Source: a virus (lineage: Duplodnaviria > Caudoviricetes). Taken from it: a stretch of 55,925 nucleotides of DNA. Position 1 is the first letter of the stretch. Each line of letters begins with the position of its first letter. Shown piece after piece: positions 29,471 through 38,209 of this stretch. The notes under the pieces are model-generated. The model saw nothing but the letters and a program-made list of their open reading frames with translations, ran no database searches and was not told the DNA's origin. Both the position numbers and the translations under genes were made by a program. The stretch lies in the IMG/VR virus record IMGVR_UViG_3300027967_000009, positions 1-55,925 of that record. One strand, 5' to 3'.

Positions 29471-30109
29471 TTACTTCTGCTGCGACAATAGGTATGATGC
29501 TGCTCTATTAAACTCTTTAGGGAATGTGTGCTTGGCTTCACGTTCAAAGTATTTAATCATCACCTCTTGTGAGAACGTGGCTGGTATTGATGGTCCTGAT
29601 ACCAGTGTTGGCTTGCTTCTGTATCCAGCTGTGCGCTTAAACACTTTCAGTTGACCTTTGCCATCACGACCAATGAAGGTGCCTTTGTACACTTTCTCAT
29701 TGTTCCAAGCTGAAGCGATGACACCTTTGTACTTGAACTGACCTTTACTATAGCCACGCTTACGGCTATTAGATTTATATCTACGTCTAAAGAATGCAGG
29801 GTTCTGCATATTCCTACGAACAAACTCAATCAGGTTGATAGCTTTAGCTTTGCGCGGCGCTTCTATTATTGCTGTTAATGTTTTGGTTTTTGAACGTGTT
29901 ACTCGTATGTTTTCACGTACCAGTTTTTGTTTATAGCCTGTTTCATCGGCTATCGCTTTTACACCTTTGGACTCTACGCTTCTAATGGTTCTGTTGATAC
30001 CCATGTTAGCAGCGCGAGTGATAACTTGATCATAGCCTTGAATGTTCTTATCAATTTGAGCAGCAACTTGGTTTATGTTGATGTCTAATTGAACAGAAGC
30101 ATTACTCAT
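29471..30109 (-). CDS. Tail completion protein (lambda gpZ-like)
   Basis: Basic; RA...INRT, F......VF.R, GPSIP..F motifs. Confidence 0.7.
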   Translation of the reverse strand: MSNASVQLDININQVAAQIDKNIQGYDQVITRAANMGINRTIRSVESKGVKAIADETGYKQKLVRENIRVTRSKTKTLTAIIEAPRKAKAINLIEFVRRNMQNPAFFRRRYKSNSRKRGYSKGQFKYKGVIASAWNNEKVYKGTFIGRDGKGQLKVFKRTAGYRSKPTLVSGPSIPATFSQEVMIKYFEREAKHTFPKEFNRAASYLLSQQK

Positions 30110-30456
30110 TAGATGTCTACACCTTCTATCACTAGCTTAGATTTACGTTGCTTCTTTTGGATGATCACTTTAGATGCTCCCGCTACGCCTTTAACAATAC
30201 CTGTGACATCGTACGCTCCTGCTGGAATACCTACCTTACCAAGTGACAAGTAAATGTAACCATTGTTGTCATAGCTCACAACGTCAGGGTGATTGATTGA
30301 TGTTAATGTATATTCAGTGCTATCTACTTTGTTTTTTAATGAAATATGTAAATCAGTCGCGCCTTGATTCATAAACTCATACGGCGCACCGTCATAGATG
30401 TATTGGCACTGAATAATGTTGTCATGGCCGTTATAAAATAACTCTACACCACTCAT
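30109..30456 (-). CDS. Hypothetical beta-sandwich structural protein
   Basis: Beta-rich, PAGAYD; coupled in the operon. Confidence 0.6.
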   Translation of the reverse strand: MSGVELFYNGHDNIIQCQYIYDGAPYEFMNQGATDLHISLKNKVDSTEYTLTSINHPDVVSYDNNGYIYLSLGKVGIPAGAYDVTGIVKGVAGASKVIIQKKQRKSKLVIEGVDI

Positions 30457-30860
30457 TACGCTACCGCTGTTGGTTGCAAGCTTCGGTATTCACCTGCAGG
30501 AACATCAACAGGGTTACCTGCCGTTATTTCTTGATCGGTTATTTCATCAGTCACATAAAGCACTCTTGAGGTAAGCGTATCTATATAAGCAATATGCAAA
30601 TCATCTGTGTTTTCTGTATCAATAAGTGATATCACACCAGCTTTGCCATTACATTGCCACTTACGATCATGTGTTTCATGATTCGACAGCGACATGTCGC
30701 CACCTGTAACCGCTTCAGTAAGTACAATATTGGCACCTGCTGTTACAGTCGCATGTGAATCTGCTAATGCGTAAGCTTTTAACACTGCAACTTGATTTGT
30801 TTTTAATAGCTCTGCTGGGCCATTATCTAAAACGTCCGGATGAGAATATAAAACGCCCAT
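30456..30860 (-). CDS. Hypothetical structural protein
   Basis: Coupled ORF; DVLDNG, VLYVTD..AGNPV. Confidence 0.65.
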   Translation of the reverse strand: MGVLYSHPDVLDNGPAELLKTNQVAVLKAYALADSHATVTAGANIVLTEAVTGGDMSLSNHETHDRKWQCNGKAGVISLIDTENTDDLHIAYIDTLTSRVLYVTDEITDQEITAGNPVDVPAGEYRSLQPTAVA

Positions 30861-30869
30861 GATAAATTC

Positions 30870-31679
30870 CTAATGTAATACTGATGTTGGTGTGTTACTC
30901 ACCAAAACATTCTCTGGGGTAACACTGATTAATACTGACTTTTGTGGGTCAATATCTTCGATTAAACTACTTACCAAGTAACCAGGTAATGCCTGGTTAT
31001 GTTGCTCTGCTATCGCTGGCTCTAATTCATGCACTTGAATGACAAAGTTGTTCTCGCCTTGGTTTTGCTGTTGAGCAATGGCTAATTCATGCTTTAAGCC
31101 TTGGATAACTTCAAGCAACAAAGCTTTGTTATGCTGTTCTGCCACTGTTGAAAGTAAACCATGAACTTGGCCAATGGTTATTTTTAGTGCTTTATTAACT
31201 TGCTGCGCGGTAACTACACCAAGGGTGTGAACTGTACCAATAGCGGGTTTAGTTGCTTTATTTTCCTGCTTAGCAACTGATGCATCTAATTGATGAAGTT
31301 GCTCTATATCACCGCTTAATGCTTTATTAACTTGTTGAGCTATTGCTAAACCAAGTAAATGTGCTTGATTTAATTCAACGCTTGTTGCTTGGTTTGTTTG
31401 CTGTGCTTTTGCTAAAGATAAATTGTGTTGCTGAAACAGTTCACTAACTAATGCTTTATTGGTTTGCTGTGCTACAACAGCATCCAATATGCTGGTTGAT
31501 GCTAATGATAACGTTAATGCTTTATTAATCTGTCTTGCAACGCTTACTGATAGATTATGTACTTGGCTTGCTGGTAGCTTAGCTGCTTGATTAGTTTGTT
31601 GGGCTATTGTTGTTGATAATTCATTAACTACCGCCACGCCAGTCCAGTTATTAATTTTACCCCATGCATTTAAACTCAT
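30870..31679 (-). CDS. Repeat protein with about ten 22-aa units (H.L....AQQ.NKA)
   Basis: Periodicity visible in the translation. Confidence 0.75.
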   Translation of the reverse strand: MSLNAWGKINNWTGVAVVNELSTTIAQQTNQAAKLPASQVHNLSVSVARQINKALTLSLASTSILDAVVAQQTNKALVSELFQQHNLSLAKAQQTNQATSVELNQAHLLGLAIAQQVNKALSGDIEQLHQLDASVAKQENKATKPAIGTVHTLGVVTAQQVNKALKITIGQVHGLLSTVAEQHNKALLLEVIQGLKHELAIAQQQNQGENNFVIQVHELEPAIAEQHNQALPGYLVSSLIEDIDPQKSVLISVTPENVLVSNTPTSVLH

Positions 31680-33331
31680 GCTGTTATCGCTTCTAATGCG
31701 CTGCCATCAATACTAGCCTCTAGGTTATCTATTACATGGCCTGATACTGTAGTGCTTTTAGGTGCATCAATTAAAACACTAGTATTGTTATTAGACCACA
31801 CTAAATCTCCATCATGTAAGATTCTATCAGTTCCACTTTCAACTAACCTTGTATGATATGTACCATCAGGTATACCTGGTGCCGTTAAATTCGCGGTTGA
31901 TGTGTTAATATCATCATACTGAATCTGTGCAGCTTGGTTTAAATCAGGAGTCAATATGATATGAAGGTCATCGTTTCGTGGATCGGTAGCTGAAGATATA
32001 TCCATCACAGATAAATCACCCCCAGGTAAAGCATTGGGATTAGAAGCCAATACAGCATTGAAAGCTAATAAGGTATCTCCACTAATTGTTGGATATTTGG
32101 TTAGGTTATACCCACACCCAAAGTCAGCTTTAACATCATTAATAAATGCGTTTAAATTAGCCTCGATTGTAGCTTGACCATCACCTTCATCGTTTTCACC
32201 ACCAATGCCTGCACACGCTGAAAGTGTTCCACCAACAGCATCAGCAAAAGCTTGTAATCTAGGGTATAAACTTCCTGTTTTTTGCCATTGACTATATCCT
32301 TGACCTCCCTGAGCGACATTACCAATACAAATAGGTACTCCTGCATTTGCAAATAAACTAGCCAACCTAGCATCTGTACTACCTGCTGAGTTGTTATCAT
32401 AGCCGTTTGTAGGGTCTGTCAGAGGTTGAAACACACCATCTTTCCACATAATAGGTAATGGTTTATTGCGACTAAATGAGGGCACCTGTAATTCCCCCCC
32501 TCTACTCGATGTATTAGATTGTCCAGGTCTGCCCATTGTCCAAGCGGCTGTTATATAAATAACTTCAGCATTGATAGATTTATCATTTCCAAAGGCGACA
32601 ATAATATCAACTTGACCTTTAACTCTAACATTAGCTGAAAACCCATCACCAGTAGGCGATGCATCTAAAACAACAAAATCAACACCACCATTCATGCTTA
32701 ATACTATTGTGTCGGGACTACCTGAATAAGTACCAGCTATAGGGAATACGGCCTCACCATTTTCATCATGAGTGATGCACTGATAATCCGCAATAGATGT
32801 TATAACTATATTGCCAGCTGTATCAACAACGAAACCACCAGTAGTATATCCAGTTAATGTTCCATTCTGTCCATCTAATGTGTCTACCAATATTGTATCG
32901 GTTGGTAGAGTGTAATCATCAGTGTCATAAGATCGACTATTGACTCCATCACCAGACATGTCTAATGTGCTTCTGATGACCTTGGTAAATGCTCTACCAA
33001 TTTCTGAAAGGGTAAAATTGCCTGCCGCAACTTTAACGGTAGAGGATACACCATTAGCAGTTAATGTCACATTGTTTGAAGCATCGCGAACTAACGTCCA
33101 GTTTATTATTTCATCTTCGGTGAAGGACCAAGAACCATCTATAAATGTTCCAGCAACCTTAGCCCTAAATACTCCGCTAGCAATAGCCACAAAATGACTG
33201 TTGGAGCTATAGAGCACATATGTATTACCTGCAGCTGTAGAGTAAGTAAAAGACCCACTCAGGCTAAATGCGCCTGTGAATGTTATAGGGGGTATTGTAA
33301 CCTTACCTGTCGTGTCGCCTTTTATTGCCAT
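31676..33331 (-). CDS. LamG-like plus SGNH (sialate O-acetylesterase-like) protein
   Basis: GQSN, GGEND and DDLH motifs; beta-rich N-terminus. Confidence 0.7.
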   Translation of the reverse strand: MAIKGDTTGKVTIPPITFTGAFSLSGSFTYSTAAGNTYVLYSSNSHFVAIASGVFRAKVAGTFIDGSWSFTEDEIINWTLVRDASNNVTLTANGVSSTVKVAAGNFTLSEIGRAFTKVIRSTLDMSGDGVNSRSYDTDDYTLPTDTILVDTLDGQNGTLTGYTTGGFVVDTAGNIVITSIADYQCITHDENGEAVFPIAGTYSGSPDTIVLSMNGGVDFVVLDASPTGDGFSANVRVKGQVDIIVAFGNDKSINAEVIYITAAWTMGRPGQSNTSSRGGELQVPSFSRNKPLPIMWKDGVFQPLTDPTNGYDNNSAGSTDARLASLFANAGVPICIGNVAQGGQGYSQWQKTGSLYPRLQAFADAVGGTLSACAGIGGENDEGDGQATIEANLNAFINDVKADFGCGYNLTKYPTISGDTLLAFNAVLASNPNALPGGDLSVMDISSATDPRNDDLHIILTPDLNQAAQIQYDDINTSTANLTAPGIPDGTYHTRLVESGTDRILHDGDLVWSNNNTSVLIDAPKSTTVSGHVIDNLEASIDGSALEAITA

Positions 33332-33460
33332 AATTAAATACTATTCTGACTGTAACTATTTTATTGGTCTGCCGCCTGAAAGTAGCGGAACTACAAAGGG
33401 GTAGATTGCTACAAAGATTGAAGTCAGTAACAAGCGGCATACCAATAAAGTTTAGTAACT

Positions 33461-33685
33461 TTATTGTTCTTCTTCGTTTTCTTTACGTAAACCACGTTGA
33501 TAGTAGTTTGTTCGTGCGTTGTTCATTCGTATTGCTGATACACCAACAGCTAGAGTAATAACACCGCTAAGTAACAACATTGAAGCTTCTAAGCCTGACA
33601 ATGTGCCAATAAAACTTCCAATTGACAGTATCATTGATGTGGCATTTAAATTATTTGGGCTTTCCATTAGTGTTCCGTTGCTCAT
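33461..33685 (-). CDS. Small two-TM membrane protein (holin/antiholin-like)
   Basis: Two hydrophobic helices, charged tail; start moved to 33685. Confidence 0.55.
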   Translation of the reverse strand: MSNGTLMESPNNLNATSMILSIGSFIGTLSGLEASMLLLSGVITLAVGVSAIRMNNARTNYYQRGLRKENEEEQ

Positions 33686-33947
33686 GAGTTTCACTTTCCC
33701 ACTGTCGTAACAGTTTTCTATCGCTGAGGCATTGATTACCAAAAGCCTGCAAATCAAAAATATAATTGACTAGATCTTGATTTGTTTTGCCTTGGAATAC
33801 TGGCAAGTAAATTTGTTCCATTAACACTTTTGGTGGTGTTAATTTTACTGTTTTCGTCTGAATTACTATTTCTGGGGTGCTTGAGCACGCTGACAATATC
33901 ATCAGGAACAAGAGCATCAGACCATTCAATAATGTTTTCATCGTCAC
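33651..33947 (-). CDS. o-spanin (Rz1-like lipoprotein)
   Basis: Lipobox LSAC, Pro-rich, overlaps i-spanin. Confidence 0.85.
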   Translation of the reverse strand: MTMKTLLNGLMLLFLMILSACSSTPEIVIQTKTVKLTPPKVLMEQIYLPVFQGKTNQDLVNYIFDLQAFGNQCLSDRKLLRQWESETHEQRNTNGKPK

Positions 33948-34263
33948 TTTCCTTTATCACTTCAACCAATACTTGCTTAACTTCAATATTGTCTTTCGCT
34001 ATATCATTAACAATAACGCTTCGCTTATAGGCTATCTGCTCGTTTTGTTTGAGTTGATGCATTAGCTCGGCAATAGTTGCTACGCTTTCGTTGTTCGCGG
34101 TTTTTAATATCTGTGCGTTGGCAGTTAACACCTTGTTATCTTTTGATAAAGACGCATTAGCCGCATTTAGCGAAAAGATAATGGCTATTAACGTAAATAT
34201 AACCAAAGCAACAACTGTTTTAATTATTGAGCTGAGCCCGAAATTTTTGAATATGGATAACAT
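33754..34263 (-). CDS. i-spanin (Rz-like)
   Basis: N-terminal TM, coiled coil, W....VPDD; start moved to 34263. Confidence 0.8.
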   Translation of the reverse strand: MLSIFKNFGLSSIIKTVVALVIFTLIAIIFSLNAANASLSKDNKVLTANAQILKTANNESVATIAELMHQLKQNEQIAYKRSVIVNDIAKDNIEVKQVLVEVIKESDDENIIEWSDALVPDDIVSVLKHPRNSNSDENSKINTTKSVNGTNLLASIPRQNKSRSSQLYF

Positions 34264-34777
34264 AATTGATCGTTTCCTTTGAGTGATGTTTAGTGACTTT
34301 CGGCAAACAATTGATGATCGGGTCGTAAAAAACAGCCATATTGCAAAGTTTTTGTGCTTTGGCAATATTTCCTGCTCCTGCGTTATAACTAGCAAGCATC
34401 AATTTGATTCTTTCAATGACTGGCCGAGGCGAATACCAGAAGCGATAAAGCTTACTGTTATACCAAGCGGCGGCCTCTATATTGGTTCGCGGATCAAACA
34501 CATGTGACCCTTGCTTGATTAGGTTGGGAACATCTTCCCAAGTTGTCGGCATAAACTGACAAACACCTTCTGCCCCTACTGGAGAGACTGCTGTCGGTTT
34601 AAATCGGCTTTCTTGATAACACTGAGCTTTTAGCCAGTACCAATCAATACCAGGCATATGCCAAGACATTGCTGACTTAAAATAAATGTCGTATTTAAGC
34701 GATTGTAAAGGTGAAGATAAACAATGCTGTGTAACAAATATGGCGAACATTAAGATAGCGCACTTGATAATGTTCAT
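34220..34777 (-). CDS. Endolysin, SLT-family lytic transglycosylase
   Basis: QESRF, GA.G..QFMP.TW, YNAG, ET.NYV; hydrophobic N-terminus; start uncertain. Confidence 0.9.
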   Translation of the reverse strand: MNIIKCAILMFAIFVTQHCLSSPLQSLKYDIYFKSAMSWHMPGIDWYWLKAQCYQESRFKPTAVSPVGAEGVCQFMPTTWEDVPNLIKQGSHVFDPRTNIEAAAWYNSKLYRFWYSPRPVIERIKLMLASYNAGAGNIAKAQKLCNMAVFYDPIINCLPKVTKHHSKETINYVIHIQKFRAQLNN

Positions 34778-34919
34778 GTAATTCCTTCCATGTTTTTTGA
34801 AAATCAATACCCGAACGCTTATCTGCAATACGTAACGAAGTAAACAAAAACACTGTTGCCAATAAAGCCGCTAAGCCTTTTTTAACAACAGCAAATAAAA
34901 TTGGTATTAAAAACTCCAT
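34695..34919 (-). CDS. Holin (probable)
   Basis: 74 aa, two hydrophobic segments, first gene of the lysis cassette. Confidence 0.65.
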   Translation of the reverse strand: MEFLIPILFAVVKKGLAALLATVFLFTSLRIADKRSGIDFQKTWKELHEHYQVRYLNVRHICYTALFIFTFTIA

Positions 34920-34957
34920 GTCACATTTCTCGTTACTCTTTGTTGAATTTTAGGCAT

Positions 34958-34986
34958 AAAAAAACCCGCTCTATTTAGCAGGTTTG
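34958..34986 (-). terminator. tR'-like terminator upstream of lysis genes
   Basis: AAACCTGCT..AGCGGGTTT plus T run on minus strand. Confidence 0.7.
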
Positions 34987-35015
34987 TGTATACGGTCTTT
35001 TTGCATCTTGGGAAA

Positions 35016-35024
35016 ACTATACCA
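35016..35024 (-). promoter_or_regulatory. Candidate late promoter (extended -10)
   Basis: TGGTATAGT about 30 bp upstream of the terminator, pR'-tR' layout. Confidence 0.4.
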
Positions 35025-35212
35025 TCAAAAAGGGGCAAAACCAGCCCCAAAAATGGGAAGTTTCTGACATGCGTTCCAGAATTACTAATATCGTGGTTTT
35101 TCTCGCTTTCAGTAGGAGAATCATGCCAACTTGTTAAACGTTATTGTTTTTAACAAGTTATTGGCTAAAGGTTTACTGGTGAAAAGAGGAAAAACGATCC
35201 TTAGTAACAGTG

Positions 35213-35482
35213 TTATATTGCCTCGGGCAATTCAGGTAATGGCATCCAGTGTGTCATATCTTCTCCACCTATATTGCACCAGTACCCATCGTCAAATTCA
35301 CATTCAAAAAAGTAACTCCCATTAAACCCTAAAATCTTATTCCCTTGCATAGCTTCTGGTGGAGCCTGATTTACATCTTTAAGCACAAAATGTTTTTCGT
35401 ACCAATCATTAACCTGTTTAGCATTAAATACTGGCGTTTCGTCTGCAAATGTTCTCGCTGTTCTAGCTAGTAATCTTTCCAT
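35213..35482 (-). CDS. Cassette 1: DUF551-like protein
   Basis: C-terminal THWMPLPELP; GAGG RBS before ATG 35482. Confidence 0.75.
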   Translation of the reverse strand: MERLLARTARTFADETPVFNAKQVNDWYEKHFVLKDVNQAPPEAMQGNKILGFNGSYFFECEFDDGYWCNIGGEDMTHWMPLPELPEAI

Positions 35483-35511
35483 TTTTAGTTCCTCTTTCAT
35501 TTAATCGGCAA

Positions 35512-35597
35512 ATATAACAACTGCTATCAAACGACAAATAACAGCTGGTTCGTTCCTCACAGACGCTTTATATTTGCATCTGTGCTTTAGGTTATGT
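35512..35597 (+). repeat. attC site 1
   Basis: ATATAAC-AACTGCTATCAAACGAC...GTTATGT. Confidence 0.75.
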
Positions 35598-35828
35598 TCT
35601 CACAATAAACGGTGTAGTGTGCTGCAATACATAACGTTTAATTACCAAGCGCACATCACCACTACCTCGAAAGTTTTTCTTTATATAGTGCCTTGCTTCA
35701 TCTTCAGTTTCTGCATCTATCTCAAAAGCAGGCGCACCAACTGGCCCAACAAAATATTTAATAATGTCTCTGTCATGGTTCGCTTCAACACAACCCTTTT
35801 GACCGCAAATATTACATTCACCACTCAT
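35592..35828 (-). CDS. Cassette 2: hypothetical protein with N-terminal CxxC..C..H motif
   Basis: GAGG RBS, MSGECNICG; stop codon in GTTA core. Confidence 0.7.
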   Translation of the reverse strand: MSGECNICGQKGCVEANHDRDIIKYFVGPVGAPAFEIDAETEDEARHYIKKNFRGSGDVRLVIKRYVLQHTTPFIVRT

Positions 35829-35850
35829 CTTTAAATCCTCAAAATAAATC

Positions 35851-35904
35851 ACATAACAAAGCGCATCAATCGGACTCTACGAGCCGTTGTGCTTGGGGTT
35901 AGAA
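35851..35904 (+). repeat. attC site 2 (short)
   Basis: ACATAAC-AAAGCGCATCAATCGGAC...GCCGTTGTGCTTGGG-GTTAGAA. Confidence 0.85.
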
Positions 35905-35907
35905 TGG

Positions 35908-36075
35908 CTAATCGATAATATATATTTTATCCAGCAGCTTTTTTAAATTATCTATATCTTCTTTGTATCGCAGAACTAAAAATGCACCATCTTCTTTATC
36001 GCACAACACAATGCCATTATTAGTGGCTAAAGAGGTGTATTCTCTTTTTGAATGTTTCTCTACTATGCTTACCAT
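35908..36075 (-). CDS. Cassette 3: hypothetical 55-aa protein (MVSIVEKHSKREY...)
   Basis: Read manually; AGGA RBS; fills the cassette. Confidence 0.6.
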   Translation of the reverse strand: MVSIVEKHSKREYTSLATNNGIVLCDKEDGAFLVLRYKEDIDNLKKLLDKIYIID

Positions 36076-36103
36076 TTCAATCCTACCTTTTGTGTTAATG
36101 CCA

Positions 36104-36185
36104 ATCTAACAAATAATTCAAACGGACTGTCAACAGTTCGCTCGTTCCTCACGCTGTTTCCAGCGCGCTTAATTTGAGGTTAGCA
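36104..36185 (+). repeat. attC site 3 (VCR-like)
   Basis: ATCTAAC-AAATAATTCAAACGGACTGTCAAC...CAGCGCGCTTAATTTGAG-GTTAGCA. Confidence 0.88.
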
Positions 36186-36395
36186 GGAATTAATCGACCA
36201 CCATACTGCGCCGTCATTTTTTACTAATCCACGCCTTTTTAATTTTTGCAAATTTTGACTTACATCTAATCTAGTTAGTTGATTTTGCAGATGACTAAGT
36301 TCATCTTTATTTCTTAGGGTTAAAAATATACTCCATGCACTTCGTCTGTTTTTTGGTTTTAACTCTGCCAACACATGGCTTTCAATATTTTGCAT
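36180..36395 (-). CDS. Cassette 4: small winged-helix-like protein
   Basis: VSQNLQKLKRRGLV; GGAGG RBS. Confidence 0.65.
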   Translation of the reverse strand: MQNIESHVLAELKPKNRRSAWSIFLTLRNKDELSHLQNQLTRLDVSQNLQKLKRRGLVKNDGAVWWSINSC

Positions 36396-36438
36396 AACTA
36401 CCTCCTAAATAATTACAATTCAACGCGTAGCACAACAA

Positions 36439-36699
36439 TCAAACATCCCACTCACATTGTGCAAACCACCATGCTTTATTAAGATCTTTCGTTCTCGCGT
36501 ATTCAGCTAAGAAAGCATCAAAGCACTCTACCGCTAAACCACAGTTGCATATCAGCTCTAGGTATTCATTTAAGTCGGTAGCCTTATGCCCAGTAAAAGG
36601 CATTATTAATTCGCCGCTAACAACGGCTTCAACGGGATTGCTAACAGTTGGCTTCTCGTCAAAGGCTTCCTCTAATTCTTTATTTGTATTTCCAAACAT
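36439..36699 (-). CDS. Cassette 4: hypothetical protein starting inside attC4
   Basis: AAGGAG RBS and ATG lie in the attC loop. Confidence 0.65.
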   Translation of the reverse strand: MFGNTNKELEEAFDEKPTVSNPVEAVVSGELIMPFTGHKATDLNEYLELICNCGLAVECFDAFLAEYARTKDLNKAWWFAQCEWDV

Positions 36700-36743
36700 T
36701 TATTCTCTCCTTTGGGTCGCAACCCATTAATCTAAGGTTAGGC
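36615..36743 (+). repeat. attC site 4 (long)
   Basis: CGCTAAC-AACGGCTTCAACGGGATTGC...GCAACCCATTAATCTAAG-GTTAGGC. Confidence 0.85.
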
Positions 36744-36745
36744 GG

Positions 36746-36949
36746 TTAATTCAATTTCAGCGTTTTGTGTAAACTGTCAAAATCAGCCGCTCTAACATCT
36801 TTTACTATTTTATTTATTTGGCTATCTGGCAAACCAAGCTTGTTTAATGTTTGCTCAAAAGCTATTTGTAATCTTGTTCGGTCATTAGCAACCTTGCAAA
36901 GTTCTTCACCAAACTTTTGCAGCATTCTAGCTTTATCACCAGTAGCCAT
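36746..36949 (-). CDS. Cassette 5: hypothetical helical protein downstream of acb2
   Basis: Starts 3 nt after the acb2 stop. Confidence 0.65.
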   Translation of the reverse strand: MATGDKARMLQKFGEELCKVANDRTRLQIAFEQTLNKLGLPDSQINKIVKDVRAADFDSLHKTLKLN

Positions 36950-36952
36950 AAC

Positions 36953-37177
36953 TTAAAAACTCTCTGGCTGTGCTACAGCGCGCACAGCAGCCATAAAGCC
37001 TTTTTGTAAATCCGTTTTAGCTACAGCAACCCATCGTTGATCTAACTGTTTATTACTTTGTAGCTCCTCGATTAAAACTCCAACCTCTTCGGCTTTCGCT
37101 TTAACTGCGTTCATAGCATCAATCTCAGCTTGACTCAAATCACGGTAGCCTTTAATTTTCTTGTGTTGATTATCCAT
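36953..37177 (-). CDS. acb2: Cassette 5: Acb2-family anti-CBASS cyclic nucleotide sponge
   Basis: [23 protein letters not shown]...RW.A..KTD.Q.G.MA..RA.AQP.SF matches the recalled Acb2 signature; GAGG RBS before ATG 37177. Confidence 0.88.
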   Translation of the reverse strand: MDNQHKKIKGYRDLSQAEIDAMNAVKAKAEEVGVLIEELQSNKQLDQRWVAVAKTDLQKGFMAAVRAVAQPESF

Positions 37178-37216
37178 TGTATTTCCTCTTTCTTTGATTA
37201 AGTTGCCAAGCAAACC

Positions 37217-37292
37217 GCCTAACAACGCGTTTAAATTTGATTGCTACAGTTGCTACGCGCCTTGCGCAACAACTTAACGCAAATGGTTAGTT
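37217..37292 (+). repeat. attC site 5
   Basis: GCCTAAC-AACGCGTTTAAATTTGATTGC...GCAACAACTTAACGCAAATG-GTTAGTT. Confidence 0.85.
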
Positions 37293-37412
37293 TGCTTTAT
37301 CGTAGTTCGCATACATCTAGCTTAATATAAATGTAATACTGATAGATATTAACGAACCGATCGTATAGCCGACCCAAAACCCCAAGCTCTCTAATTTAAT
37401 GTATTTAATGTA

Positions 37413-37625
37413 TCACCGCCTTTGTGTATCAATTGCTAACTGTTTAAGTTTCGGTAGTTCTTTTTCAAATTCCAATATCAAATCTTCTTCATTAAGCTTT
37501 CTAGAAAAAATAAAAGCACACTCTGAGCAGTGTATTTGACTAACACTTATTTCAAAGCTACTTCTTATCCCTAAGCCAACATAACTTTGATTGCACATAG
37601 GGCATTTTTGTCCGCTGAGATTCAT
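37413..37625 (-). CDS. Cassette 6: zinc-ribbon protein
   Basis: CPMC...CSEC. Confidence 0.65.
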   Translation of the reverse strand: MNLSGQKCPMCNQSYVGLGIRSSFEISVSQIHCSECAFIFSRKLNEEDLILEFEKELPKLKQLAIDTQRR

Positions 37626-37813
37626 GGTGTAACCTCTGGCTCGACTGATAAAGCTTCAACAACAGCATCTACAGCCCACTTGTGAGGCTCAAACGCTTGT
37701 GCTTCATCGTCTGTTTCTGGCAAGTAATCATGCCTACCTGTTATTGCTTTAGCATGCTTTAATGCGTGTTTTTGTAATAACTCTCTTGCTTTGCTTTCTT
37801 GTTGTGTTTTCAT
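37622..37813 (-). CDS. Cassette 6: hypothetical protein
   Basis: ATGA overlap with next gene; YLP....A..F.PH.W.V.A. Confidence 0.65.
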   Translation of the reverse strand: MKTQQESKARELLQKHALKHAKAITGRHDYLPETDDEAQAFEPHKWAVDAVVEALSVEPEVTP

Positions 37814-37847
37814 ATTTTTCTCGCTTATCGTTTAGCGCTGTCAGCAA

Positions 37848-37918
37848 AACTAACAACACGTATCAAAGGAATTTAACAGTAAGTTACCCTGTTAAATCCT
37901 CTGTACTATGGGTTATGC
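37848..37918 (+). repeat. attC site 6
   Basis: AACTAAC-AACACGTATCAAAGGAATTTAACAG...CTGTTAAATCCTCTGTACTATGG-GTTATGC. Confidence 0.85.
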
Positions 37919-38113
37919 GGTTATCTTGTCTTGCTCGAATTTTCGCCCTTGATCAAACGCCTCTTGTATTTTTCTAGCTATAACCTTGTTTATAGCTTCT
38001 ATTTTTCGGTGCTCTGCATCTGCATCTTTCCCAAAATCAGCGTCTATCTTTCTGTGTATTTCTTCATACTCAAAATCATAAAGCTCACAAAAAACCTTTT
38101 CTTTTACTTCCAT
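37913..38113 (-). CDS. Cassette 7: hypothetical charged protein
   Basis: Stop in GTTA core; start ATG 38113 or TTG 38128. Confidence 0.65.
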   Translation of the reverse strand: MEVKEKVFCELYDFEYEEIHRKIDADFGKDADAEHRKIEAINKVIARKIQEAFDQGRKFEQDKITA

Positions 38114-38136
38114 CTTCTCTATCTCCAATAGTTACC

Positions 38137-38209
38137 GCCTAACAACCGCAATCAAATGAAGTTAACAGTCGCTACGCTCGGTTAATTCATCTGTTCCATA
38201 CGGTTATAA
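38137..38209 (+). repeat. attC site 7
   Basis: GCCTAAC-AACCGCAATCAAATGAAGTTAAC...GTTAATTCATCTGTTCCATACG-GTTATAA. Confidence 0.8.

Noticed and set aside
29326-29547. 73-aa ORF across cos
   Set aside because: Overlaps the cos elements and the end of the gpZ-like gene; likely spurious
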